Assembly (NCBI GenBank): GCA_973895155.1
Contig: OZ316892.1
Span: 12,216,238-12,280,237, forward strand
From: Marsupella aquatica
Taxonomy: Eukaryota > Plantae > Marchantiophyta
DNA: 64,000 bases
Direction: 5' to 3'
The position numbers and the translations under genes are program-made. Positions 45,751 to 58,713 of this stretch are shown piece after piece; the first letter of the stretch is position 1; each line of letters opens with the position of its first letter. The notes beneath the pieces were generated by a model. That model was not told where the DNA came from and ran no database searches. It was given only the letters and a program-made list of their open reading frames with translations.

Positions 45751-48722
45751 ACTATCACAAGGATATACTTAGATAGCGTAATGCCATAAATGGTTTCGGT
45801 AGATTTTAGTTCTTACATAAAATTGGTAATAATATCCATCAAATGTGCATTGTAAAGTATTTCGAAACACAGACCTAAAATTTTGTATTACTGACTCCAA
45901 TTTTCAATAAATCATTTGTTTTTTGCACTCAACTGATTGTCACTACGGTAGAGTCACGGTAGTGCCATCTCGGTTGGAGCAAAATATAAATAATGATTAT
46001 GACTAGCCTAAATAGAAACACCCTTGCATGCAAAAAAGGGCTCGACCCCCATTGGCGGTCCTTTCTCACAAGCCTAATGTGAATCAAAAACAAATGAGGG
46101 TTGGCTGTAGGGTAGTGTCGATGAGTCCCTACACTAGGGACAGTGGTTAGACCAGAAAATAATTAATTTTTTAGAATTTCATTTTCCACCGACAGAAGTT
46201 TAGATCCTGTTTCAGATACAGTAGCGAAAAGCTCGAAAAGAAATTCTCAAGACATCTCAAGAATCTTCTAAGCATCTTGCAAACATTGATTTGTAGTTAT
46301 GAACCATTTTAAAACGTGAATTCCTGAGCAAACACCTCTACTTCTGGGCTATATTGTGGAAAGATTAAAATACGTGCGAGATCCAGTGGTCCCTGACGAG
46401 GGTGAATTCAGGTTGACCATCATCATGTCAACTCACTGAGCAGTGAAGTAGGGACTATGGACGCATTCTGTAAACAATAATTATTTTTCGACTATGGAGG
46501 CATTCTGTACACAATAATTATTTTTCTAAAGGGAAAAAATGCACCTTCGCATTAGATGAACTTTACATGCAACTGCATTGCCCAATCAGAGGTTGCCACA
46601 TCTGAAATATTTTAGAACGAATCCCCATATTGATACACTTTCAGTTGAGTTATATGATCCCTAAGCATTTCTGGCAAATATCTAAGTATTGTGGCACTCA
46701 CCCACACATTGGGTGAATTTTCATGCCAACCTAAACCCTATTATTTTGTTCATTTATATTAGCGAGTGTTGCAACCAGGTACAGTCTAGTACTTTCTTTA
46801 TGTGCAACTATCCAGATGCTCGGGGTCCTGGTAACTGCACATCAGAATGTGATATATGATGTGTATCACATTTTTCTATACCCTGATATACTTATTTTTT
46901 TAAATTACTGAGTGCACACTGTATATTATTGCATTTTGATGTGTGATTACTGGCAGGGTGAAGGGGATCTTGTTGTGGACGCCTATGGGAAGCTCCTTCC
47001 AAAATCTCTAGCATCACGTTGAGCCACATCATCAAGTTCAGTCACAAACCGAAACAATGATGTTCTCTACAAGAAATAAACAAAACTATTTGTGTTTGAT
47101 GCAAATCTTGTAAGTCTTGACAAAATCTCTGAATGTCACACTCACAATGGTACCATGCCCTACTCTGAGCCTTCCTACCGTGAACGGGAAATATTTAATG
47201 CAGGCACTATGGAGTTGAATGACTTTCTTTGTAGTTTGACAATAGGGGTGATTTTACATGGCTGCAAAGAAATGTAAATCTTGATAGCCGCAAAGGAATG
47301 TATGAGTGAGCAGGCTTCAACCTACGGATGATGCTCATAAGTTTGAGGGATATCCCACACTAATGGCTGTCACATACGGAGGGACATGAGGGTGAGAATT
47401 TGCACCACCCCAACAAATTAGTCTGTACCGGGAGTCTGTAAGGACATGGAAGGCCTACTTTAGTGGTAAAAATTCATCAAATTCCATCTCACTGAAAAGT
47501 CTTTGTTACTTTGGCAAAACTTTGCCAGGCTTATTGTCTTCAAATAACCCCCTTCCCACCTAGCAATACCCCCTCTAGGCAGAATCAGACAGTTATGCTT
47601 CAATTGAGGGAGATCTAATGGTCAGAAATCAGTCTACTAAAATCAGATAGTTAACTACCTCACTGAAAATTATAAAAGTGACCCTGACTAAAAAGAAAAA
47701 ACCTTAAAAACTACCCTGATGGGAAGCCATTAGCATCTCAACAAAGTATGTGAAGGAGACATATTCCTCTTTGGCACAGGGGCAGCCATTTGTGGAGGCT
47801 GGTGTTGATGGCTCCAGTACTGTTGGTCATTTCAGGAAAGTCCTCTAGGCTCCTTCAATAATATCTTAGCTCAAGTCTGTATAAAGACTAAAAGCAATCT
47901 CAAGGCTAATTAGGAGTCTTGCGCAATATAGCATGCTCATCCTGGAACATGCTTTATTTTTTGTCTTGTAGTGATATGAAAGTAAGTAAAATATGAGAGC
48001 ATAGAAGTGCTGTTATATAAGTAAAGTGTCTGCCAAGAAAAGCACAGTGACCAAGAAAAGGTACGGTCAAACGATGTTACGATGTGTGCACTTAACTCAG
48101 GGTGCCTTATGAATGACACTCCTTTCAATAAAAACCATAAACCTAGGAAAGAAAAACATGAGGAGAACTTAAGAGGCTATGCATTCATGTTCTTCAGCAT
48201 CATTTCTCTCACTCGTGGTGGTGGAGCCTTTGGTTTCATCTCTAAGAAAACACATACTGTGAAAGGGGGCTGCCAAAATAAGTTCAAAACACTCTAGAAT
48301 ACCTAAAACTAAAGGGGTCTAAAAATTAATTAAAAATGTATAGAATACAAAGGCTGCCCCTTGATAAGGCAGATTGAAATGAAAATACATGACACAAAAA
48401 TCTGAATAAGACAAAATTTGAAATGTGCATTCACCATATAGCAGCTTCAAAAACAGCGCAATAATTAACCCACAAAAAACAATCTCAAGACTAATTAAGA
48501 GCCTTGTGCATTAATTAGCCTGTAAGTACTGCCCTTTAGGCTCCTTCAATAATATCTTAGCTCGAATATGTTAAAAAAAGACGAAAAGCAATCTCAAGGC
48601 TAATTAAGAGTCTTGCCCATTAATTAACCTACTGAAAGATTTCAAGACTAATTAAGACCCTTGCGCATTAATTAGACTGTAAGTACTACCCGCATATGGA
48701 TATCAAGTTTTGATGGTAAATA

Positions 48723-48891
48723 GGAGAGATATACTTGATGGACCCCAGAATACAAAGTGTTTCTCGATGAACCCATGAATGATTCAGACCATTGATAGAT
48801 CTCAAAATAATGTACCCAAAAGTTCATGGGGTCTCATGGGGTCTATCAAGTGAGACATTTCAATTTAGAGGTCCATCAAATATATCTCTTT
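48723..48891. mobile_element. Small MITE (~170 bp) with terminal inverted repeats, flanked by TA
   Basis: GAGATATACTTGATGGACC ... GGTCCATCAAATATATCTC inverted pair, with further imperfect internal symmetry. Confidence 0.65.
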
Positions 48892-48964
48892 ACATATGAA
48901 GCTCTTTGTGGTCAATAACCTTGTCACTTCATCCCCCATCAATGATTGTTGCAATGTGCAATAA

Positions 48965-49434
48965 CCCCGGTTTGACCTTGCCCGTCAAACTGGCCCAAAA
49001 ACTCAGGCAAAACGACAACCCGGCACCCGGGTTCGGGAGCAGTCCGGGACGGGACAAGTTCGGGAGAGGTTCGGGAGAGGTCTGGGGGGGGGTTCGGGGA
49101 GCCGGTAGGGGGAGGTCGGGAAGGGTCCGGCCCGAGTTCGGGAGAGGTCCGGGCCGGGGTTGGGGGGGGAGGGGGAGCTGGTCTGGGGGGGTTTGGGGGA
49201 GCCGGTCCAGGTCGGGGGGAGCCGGGTTGGGGGGAGCCAGTTCTGGAGAGGTCCGGGAAGTGTCCGGGGGAGTCCGGGAATTGTCCGGGGGGGTCCGGGG
49301 AGAGTTTGGGAAGGGTCCGGGGGAGTTTGGGAGAATCTCGGCGAATATGCGTCAAACTTCCAGTTGTGGGGCCGTCATTTGACGGTTTTACGTGCCCGGC
49401 AAGGCGTCAAGTTGCCCGTCAGGTTAAACAGGGG
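48965..49434. mobile_element. G-rich non-autonomous insertion (470 bp) with 14-bp imperfect TIRs and apparent CAATAA target duplication
   Basis: Left CCCCGGTTTGACCT, right AGGTTAAACAGGGG. CAATAA on both flanks (48959-48964, 49435-49440). Interior is a degenerate GGGAG/GTCCGGG repeat. Confidence 0.65.
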
Positions 49435-50433
49435 CAATAACCTTGTCAGTTCATCCCTCATCAATGATTGTTGCAATGTGCAAGAACCCAGTTCATCCCT
49501 CATCAATGATTTTTGCAATGTGCAAGAACCCACTGCATCCATGAGGCACGAGCTAAAAATTGTTACTGGTTGTGATCATCATCATTGTCACTTTAGTTTT
49601 CGACTGCTGACTGTTCTATGAAGCAAGTAAGTGCCAACTATAAAGCCTATGGGCTGTGACTTATTGCTGCTTTCTGATCATTAACCTTGTCACGTTATCC
49701 CTCTACTACTGACTGTTGTAATGCCCTCGTGTCACACCAACATTGGCATCGGTATAAATGAGTTCGTAAATTTCTGTCATCTATTTCTAGAGCTCATTTG
49801 TCGTTGATAAAACTCAGGATTGTGTATACGTCCTCCTGCTGCAGCAAATAGTCACATCCTTTCTGGATATTTTAGCATCAAAGGCGACCGATTCGCGGTT
49901 CAAGATGGCACCTAGAACTCATTCTTTGACACAAGCTAATCGCTCGCATCTATTCAGACTCACTCATGCACTTTCTGGGCTTTTCACCTCAAATGGGCAC
50001 GAATTGTTTCAATGATCTCATCTGCTGAGGAACTAGAGGATCAGGACGCTAGCTACTACCAATATGAATGTAACCACTCATCAGGGCCAGGGAATTTAGT
50101 TGAAAAAAGCAGCTTGAATAGCACTGAGTATCTGGTTGAAAAGGGTAAAAGAATATATTCACGGTCCAGTACAAAGCTTTCAGGTGGAAGCCAATTGATG
50201 ACTTTGACAGTGAACCTAATAGTGGCAACTCTCTTCGATTTCTTCAATCACCCCGCCCCGGCCCCCCATTTTCAATGTCGTGACAAAATTCGATAATATC
50301 ATGTTCTCCCCTGGATACCATTCTAGAATTCTTTCTCTAAATTGTTAGAGCGAACACTTTCAACATTTAATAACAAAATTCTCCCGGGCTAAAGCTCTTA
50401 TTTACAGAGCAACTCATTCTTGGTTTCATAACA

Positions 50434-53400
50434 TCATTTCGAGTATCCTCCAAATAGCTCCAGAGCTCGTTCACAATGATGCTCGACCAAATGGAGCTCG
50501 CCGTGCTTTCCTTGCTTCTCAAGAGTATTAACAGCATGCTCCACAAAGTACACTTTTGAGCCATATATATGAGCTGCACATGCTGCCTTGTAAGCAAGCA
50601 GCCATACGTCCCCTGTGCAATGGGGCAGAAACCAGAGCAGCAGTTGTTAGTGAACCAAGCAATGTCATTGTATGATTTAATCACTATCACTCAAGTCTGA
50701 ATATCTGAATAATGAAAGAACATTCCACAGATGACCCCAAGTGACTTCAAACCTACCACCGAGGTGAAGTTCACTGCCAGTCACTCCAGTGCCAAAATGT
50801 TTCCTGAGCCAATAGCTATGTCGGTTCGCCCATAATTGCTGTAAAGTAGCTCTTGAGAGCAAAGTTGGATGTCTCGGCCCCTCTTCCATGGGCTCTGCTA
50901 TACTTTCTTCCTGTATTCTCTCCTCAGCTTCAAGAAGACAAGACGCCAGCTTCTTCCACGTTCCAACGGCACCAGGGCTAACATCCAAGTGCAAACAGAT
51001 GCACTCCAAGAGGTTCCCTGTTTCAAGGTTACCTGGAGTATAAAAGGGGTAGAAGCGGGTTAAGCACAATCTAAACCTCGGGGAAGGCAAATCCCTGCAG
51101 ATACGGAAGGTTGATTGCGACAGAGAAATGGGCAGAGACTATAATGCGCTTAAATAGTGACCTATAAGCTGCCTACATCTGCACATCCAATGCGAAAGCT
51201 GGTATACCAGAAGCTTGGAGGTTGAACAGGCCTTTCAGCGACGAGAGTGAAAGCGGATTTCTAATCAGAACATCTCGATGACAAGCAGCTAGTTGGATGG
51301 GATCTTTCTTGTCCAAGCACTCCAGCAGCGCAACCTTTATGCTGAGTAGAAGTCAATTTTGAGACACTTTAATATGTAGCCCAAAACGTTTTAAAAATAA
51401 AGATTGAAAACAAGGAATCACTAGCACACAAGGCAAATAAGTGTCAGCCTGTGACGCTTGTATGAGAAGTACATCCGTTGAAAAGTGAAATAAATCACAA
51501 TAGACTACCTCGGTGGTATGAAGTGTTGCTTTAACACTCGGGAGCACTTGTCTATCTCGTCTACTGCACCTTTAATGTCATGCACAGCCAGAAGCAACTT
51601 CGATAGAAGTAGAAAGTTAGAGCATTCTTCTCATCAATTCCAGGAATTTCTCTACCAAAGTGGTCAAAATAAAATGATTCCTCTAATTGAGAATAAAAAG
51701 GTTGGCACATGAGACATATAGTGGACACCTGGACAAGTGGAAGCAGAGCGGGAAGCATGTCAGGTGCAATAGCTAAAGCTTGCTTCAGATGCTTTATCGC
51801 AGCAGAATGTAGATCTCTTGTTCTACCATCGCTCATAGGGACCATGTAATGCGTCTGGTCCAGATCTCGATGGACCTGGACGGGGAACAATTTCGAATCC
51901 AATTCTGCACAAAGTAGAGCGCTTACAGTGAGCAGGACATTTAAACAATGAGCCAATCACAAGGCTAGGTTAGAAGTACTGTCGACAGACTGGAAGAAAG
52001 AATGTTTGCACAATTTAGTTGACAATTTTTCGGAAAGCTTGACCAGCTATACCTGGAGACCACGGAATAGTCACGCTTCGCCAGAATTCTTCCCCAGTTT
52101 GGACAAAACCCTGCTCATCAGTTTCTTCATAAATGGATCTTTGAGAAGCCTGCCAGATGTTGTCGTCAAATTCCATCCCTGCTTCACTTGAATTCTCGAA
52201 TTGAGGTTGGTCCCAGTCAAGCTGAATTGCAGCCGTTGACCGCTGAGAATCTCTGAGGCGCAAGCTATCCCCAAGACTTCGTAAGGATGTCTTCATCCGT
52301 CCAGGATAACTACTTTGGTCATCAGCTTCAGGTGCAGTACTCTCACCGATCCCTTCTGTTGGAACTGATCCCTCGTTCTCCGAACTTCTTCCAATTCCAA
52401 TGATTTCCTGTCTTGAGACCTCTTCAACACATTTTTCGTACCAAAGGTAATATGAATTAAGACCATGGCACAAATTTACCACAGGATCCTCCCGATGGTG
52501 CTTACCGTCCACAATCCTGGAATACGGAGAGCACGGATGATGAGCCCGATTGCACGTCTGAAAAACCCCAAACTACAACTCGCAAATGCTGGCTCTCCGC
52601 CTGACAATACATCAGTGACACAATGCTAGTATATATGGATTTCCAAACTTTTCGCTCCCTACCACTGCAACAGCAATGATCCCCTGACTTTTAAAGGACA
52701 TCTCACTGGCTCATCTTATACTCCACCCATCAACGTACTGTATACACAACTCTTTCGTTGATTCCTATGCTCTCATCCCTCATCCTGGGTTAGCTAGCTG
52801 AGAAGCTCGTTTCCAAGAGTGAAGATGACACCCACATTGACCTAGGAGGACATTAGTCGGGTTCACTTGAACGACTTCAAACATAACGGTCCCCTGGCGT
52901 AATCGGATGGTCCCACGAGCAACTAGTTTCTCCCGAGACTTAACAAGTGGTATACGCGTTCCGATTCGCATAAGGTGCACCCATGGAGACTGTAGGCATG
53001 AAACATACGGGCGTAGTTCATCATAAGCTGCCTCCCGATCGCCCACACTTATCAGGTACAGTGCTAGTTCAATTTGCACCTTTGCGCGCGACCTCTGTAG
53101 AAAACATCAAAGACAGTTTGCATGAGTTGGTGCCACTGCTGATGCAGTCACATTGACCTCATTTCAACGGTACCCGCATAAATAGCTCAAAGGCTTTTCG
53201 AAAATGGAGTGGATATGACATAAATGGCTATGCACTTACTGCATTGGGCTGTTGAAGACTGAGAACTCGAAACATCCGTCTTACTCTCAAGTCGTTGGAC
53301 TCTACACTATCAATTCGCCTCATTACCTCCATAGCTGCCTGAGAAAAAATGCTCCCAAAGAACAGTAGAATTCAGGGAGATTTGCATTTAATATGAAATC

Positions 53401-53934
53401 TTTCTGACATCATTGTCACTAAACATGGAACGCTAAAGTTGGTATTCCGGAGGAGAGAACGGAAGCAATGCGAAAATACCTCTTAAATGATAGAAACAAA
53501 ATACACACCGCGAAATCGGACCAACGTCCGGCGACGGCTGGAGCCGTAAGGCTTTCGTAAGGAATTTTTAGCAAAACGCCGAGCACACCAGACGCGTGAT
53601 GCCATTTCCGCTGCTGAGAAAGCACACTCAGCAGATACCGGAGCTTGCTGCGATGATATGACAACAGATTTCCGCTGTCTCTGTCAACACCATACCGCTC
53701 CCAGGCAACTGATCGATATCTGCTGTTTATCGTCCTTCCTACTTCCTTCGGTGCTGCTAATCGTCTCGCCTTCGTGATAGCAGCAATCACCAGAACGTTC
53801 TCGCTTCCTCCGTTCACTTCCTCTGCAACGTCATCTATATCTTCGATCTTCACTTCGGGGAAATCGGTATGTGCACTCCCAGTCGGCCCCTCACATTCCT
53901 CTTCAATCTTCACCGTTGCCAAACCGCTCACCAT
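50434..53934 (-). CDS. TAF1A-like protein (RNA polymerase I TBP-associated factor subunit A family), multi-exon
   Basis: Spliced segments KLRYLLSVLSQQRKWHHASGVLGVLLK; VQIELALYLIS; DPVVNLCHGLNSYYLWY; AIKHLKQALAIAPDMLPALLPLVQ; LLECICLHLD...WKKLASCLL; WANRHSYWLRKHF; last exon LLAYKAACAAHIYG...GGYSK* (50612-50434). These match my recollection of the plant TAF1_subA family. Not all internal exons were resolved. Confidence 0.7.
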
Positions 53935-54000
53935 GGCCCTAAACCCTACACCCAAAGTTCGTGCTCTCCAACTTAGCCTTCACAGTTCCTGTCTTCCGAG

Positions 54001-54142
54001 TCCATCCGTGATACATCGGGATTGGTCAAGAGCGGAATTCCCTCCTCGAACTTGACGATGGTCTTCGGGGTCCATCCGTGATACATCGGGATTGTTCAAG
54101 GGCGGAATTCCCTCCAGATTGCCACTCGAACTTGACGATGAG
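54001..54142. repeat. Tandem duplication (~70 bp) upstream of the TAF1A-like start codon
   Basis: TCCATCCGTGATACATCGGGATTG(G/T)TCAAG(A/G)GCGGAATTCCCTCC...CTCGAACTTGACGATG occurs twice. Confidence 0.85.
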
Positions 54143-56502
54143 ACACACTGAAAATTGAGATCGAACCAAGACATGTGAGAACTTTGTTGAAAACGAGGAA
54201 TCAAGCATGCAATCACGGCAGGCTGGAAGTTCTCCTGCACATGATTCGGATTTTCCAATTGAATTTGGATCGGATAGAGTTTTGGCGTCAATGATCACCA
54301 ACCGTCCTCGCCCGAATGATTTTGGGGGTTCAATAAAATTCACAGCCTGTTACTACGTAATAGCTTTCCGAGCTTTAATCTCGAAATTTGCTTGTTGCGA
54401 TTGACAACAGCTCACCTCCTCTCTCTAAATAGTTCATTCGGGCGACGAGTGATTCCTGTGCACACAGTACATGCACAGCATGTATATATCACCGTGCCCA
54501 AGGGCAAAAAACGCCGAACCGGGAGACATGATCCTAATGGCAAAGCAACCCATGTGTGCGCGCATGCCTATTCAAGGTTCGAACTTAGAGATCGGTTAAC
54601 ATCACTTCACCTCTCAAGATAAATTTCAATGGTTGTTTCACCTGTCAAGCCAGCATTGTCTAAATTAGGGGCTCTGTTCTAAGAGCATCCCACAATGGTG
54701 CCAGTCAGTTTATTCGCATTAGGCAAACCATTCACCAGAGAGCCCAGGCTGTTGGTTTTAGGGCCTCTAGACAGATTCCCCTCCCCGACGTTCCTGTGCG
54801 GTTTACTCCGAAGCTCCACCAGGCTATTTAGTTTTCCGCCTAGTAGGGTTTTAGTTCTAGGGGTTTTAGTTCTTAGGCTGCCGCAGCTACAATGGCGCAC
54901 ACCAGTCTTCCTATGTATCCCTGCATTAGGGGTGGAAACTGCCATTATAAAGACATGAATTCATTTTCTAGTAGCAATCTTATCCTTGAGGGTCCAGTTT
55001 CACCAGGATAATATCTATTGATAGGAATCTTTCATGTTTGTGTTTTTTGTTTCTGGTGGCGGGGGCTCACTGGTTTGTTGGGCCTCCTTGCTCCTCTGGG
55101 GGTCTCCCCCTTTTTTCCCTACCTTTGTTGGATCCTTTCGCCTTTGGATCATGTCTCCGGGTTTGGCATTCCTATCATTTGGGCAGTGTTATATATAAAA
55201 GGTGATTGGCTAAGTGGTTTGAACTGGCACAGCGCATGAAGAAAAGGTGATTGGCAAAGTGGAGATGCCCACTACCAACATGAGCACATTTGGGGGACGC
55301 CATGAGTTTTCAGTCTCTGCTCGCATGATTCAGTCTCTCTCTGAATAAGGGTGTCTCAAACCTCTCCTTTCTGCCTCCAGTTGTGATCAGCGACAAATTT
55401 CCCGGAAAAAAAACTGGCGGACACAATTATGCATGTACACACTCCCGACCCATGATTGAAAATGGTAGTTTGGGGCATCATTTTCCCCCCGTAACTTCAA
55501 GGTGTGAGACGCCCTAATAGTGCCACATGGTCACATCTAAATGGGACTGACTTTTCCCTCCCCTACATTGGAAACTCATCATAGACACTCATTAATTTGC
55601 CAGAGTGAGAGTCCTTGGATATGTGGGGGTTGTTGACAGCGTATTTTTCAACGGGTTTCTGTTTTAGCTAGTGTGGCCAATGTCAACCTTTGTGAAGGAG
55701 AAGATGCTACAACTATTCCTTATCTGTTTTCTGGAATTTTTCCCTGACCATTACATCTCTCTAGATTTATGGATAACTGTTACATTCTGGAGAATGAGGT
55801 TTATAACTAGGTGGGAAATTGGCTAATGGGCTACAAAGAACGACAATTTTTGCCAAGTGGCAAATTTTTTGGGGGAGGTGGAATATGGCGGAAATTTGCA
55901 TTAAAAAAACACGTTGTTGTTGATTCTACAGTTGGGAGCAGTGATACCTATGCTGCTGCTAAGAAGGCAGCCCAGCTCAGCTCAAGGAAGAGGCCTATGC
56001 AGGTCGTTATCAAGGGATCTATTCTAACCTAGAGGTCATTGGGGCTCTCCACCCGAACTTGAAAGGTTTATGCAAGCTTGTGGAGTCTTTTGTACTGAGG
56101 GGAGCCCATATCCCCTTGTTTTTGTCCTAGTTGTTTTCTTTACACAGACAGTGTTTGTTGCAATTCAGAGGACTCAGGATTTCACTATTCTTTGTAAAGC
56201 TGAGGCAGGTGGTTTTAGGGCCTCAAAACAATTTCCTCTTCATGAACTACCTCTGCGGTTTACTCGGGAGCTTTATCAGGCTATCCAGTTTTCCCACCAT
56301 TAGGGTTTTAGTCTACTCTACAACCTGGTGGGCTTATAGTTCTTTTGTGTTTCTGGGGGACTTCCCCCCTCCTGTTGGGCCTCTTTGGTCTTCTTGGGGT
56401 CTTTCTCTTCTCCTCTTTCCCACCCCCCTCTCTTAGTCATATCTTTTGCCTTTGGGATCCTACCTCCAGGCTAGATTTCTCTTTTTGTTCTTTTGGCACA
56501 GT

Positions 56503-56531
56503 GATAATAATAATAATAATAATAATAATAT
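56503..56531. repeat. (ATA)n microsatellite
   Basis: About 9 copies of ATA, directly after a repeat-derived segment (possible retroelement tail). Confidence 0.9.
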
Positions 56532-58713
56532 GGAGGTGCAAATGGCAGGGGCTGGTGCCATGGTTTTTAGTTCGTAATGCAGGACGATTCAGGCCTGCAG
56601 ATGCTGTAAGAGCATCTGCACTGGTGCTATGCTTGCACAGGAGTTAGGTGTACTTAAACCATATTCAGGCCCATGTAAAAATTATTTTCCAGGAGTTGAA
56701 TGCTGGAAATAGGCTCCACTCTGTTGATGTTAGAATTAACTCTTAGTCATGAGTTAACCTCTCTCAGTCTAATGCCAAAATACTGGCCAATTTCCCAAGC
56801 CAAACACTTCCAGCCTGAGCCCTGGCAAAACTAATCTACTTGGGCCAGACTGCCACATGTCTGCATCTGTGTAACAAAATTCCCCCCTTGCCTCTGCCAC
56901 CAACAATTGAAGGTCAGACTGCCGCATGTTTGAATCTGTGTGACAAAACTCCCTCCCTTGACTCTGCCACCAACAATTGAAGGCTATTCCACTCGTGCAA
57001 GGAAGTCCTACCGTTCCTAGATTGAACGATCACGGCCTTGAACACAACTCCAAAAAATGATGTGTGACAGGCTGTGATTAGTCGAGGTCTTTAACACAAC
57101 TCTGAAAAATAATATAAGCCACCGTGTGATCAGATACCTTATGCAGATGCTTTTAGACAAGCGTCGTTCAACTTACAAACGTTATAATTAAGAAAACGAG
57201 TAGGATTTAAAGGCAACTAATGGGTTGGGTGTAAAGCAAAATCATGTGTATAGCAAGGACAAATCCCCAGTTGCCAGAAGCCAAAGTTCATGACAAATGT
57301 CCTGACAGTTGCTAGGAATTATTTATTTATCATCCATTGAACGCTGCAGGTGGTATTGTAGCACCAACTTTGTAGTGTCAAATTTGTCGAAAGTAGTGCC
57401 TTTCGAAACAAAAACAAAACAAAAATTGGAAGTGGATCATTTTCTGATGAAGTACGGGAACTCAAGATCCTCCTTCAGAAATGTAACCAAATCCACCAGA
57501 TCGGCATCGCACAGTTGCCTTCAGAGCTATGTCAACATGACTGGGAGTTGAGAATTGAAGGTGACGAATGCATTGAGCTAAACTCACTTGAAAAGTACAG
57601 ATATCTGCCCACGGGTATACTACTAATGAAATGCAAAAGTTCGAAAAGTTTAAAATACTTTGAGCCAATTAACAATGGGGAACAGCGTCTAAGTCGACCA
57701 AAGTTCAAAAAGCTCCAAAAACGTTTCTGGCCTTCAGTAGCAGTCCTTTAAACTTTGTCCATACAAGACTGGTCCTCTCCAGAAAACCAAATACAGAGCC
57801 AGAATTCGAAAGGAAACATGGAAATGTTTTCCGTAATACACTCAGCGCAAGAACGACAAAACCTTTGTGATTAATTTGAACGTGAAAGCATTCCATTTCT
57901 CACTAACAAACCCCTCAAGTCTTATTTTTGTTCGCAATCAGCGCCAATTTTATTGCACAGGCCCCTTCAATATGTCATTCCAAGGGTCGCTAGTGTTTCG
58001 AAATACCTACAGTAGTTAAAGGAGACAATTTCGGCTGCATTGAAGACAATAAGTCGAAGTCCACTGTGGTGATCGTAATAGCTCAGTTGCATATGGGCCA
58101 TCAAAACTAGTTTCGTTCCTACTTTCCTAAACATCGCATTATTCCAATCTCGTCCACTGAAGATGCGGCAATTGCCAAAAGTACAAGCCAGGGTCCATTC
58201 GGCAAAGGGGAAGATCAGATGCTTTATCATAGTCGTCAGAAAACCATTTGCATTCTACCACACCCATAAACATTATCCACATAAATTTGCACACCAAAGC
58301 CTTTTCCTCGTCCATTCTGTTCAAGGTAATCGTGACACCGAAGTGGAAAGTACTCACTTCCACGTTACCAAACCATCTATATGCACTCCAGCTTTCTAAT
58401 TTATCCTATTCAATGTACAATATTCAACATACATAGCCAGTACCAGAGTGGAAACTATTTAAGAAAGTGGTTGTTTGAGACCAATCTGTTACCCGAAGCA
58501 CTTGTACTGGGCAACTAGCCCCGATTGTATAAGAAATCTCCCGGAAGAGGAGTGCTTCTCAGCCAGCAAAACCTTTCCCTAGCAATGTCAAATGCTCTGA
58601 TCACTTCTGGAGCCCTGCTCAATTCCACGAGTGAACTAATTACTCTTCCTGGTTAAATAACATTCTCAAGTCCAAATGGGATTCATTCGATTTGACAAGA
58701 TACTGGACATGCT

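Noticed and set aside
46940-47560. Possible decayed transposon coding relic on the minus strand (HPHVPP-like motif)
   Set aside because: It has multiple stops and no diagnostic catalytic motif.
48906-49621. Gly-rich and Pro-rich (extensin-like) ORFs on both strands
   Set aside because: They are by-products of a G-rich low-complexity insertion bounded by TIRs, with no gene structure.
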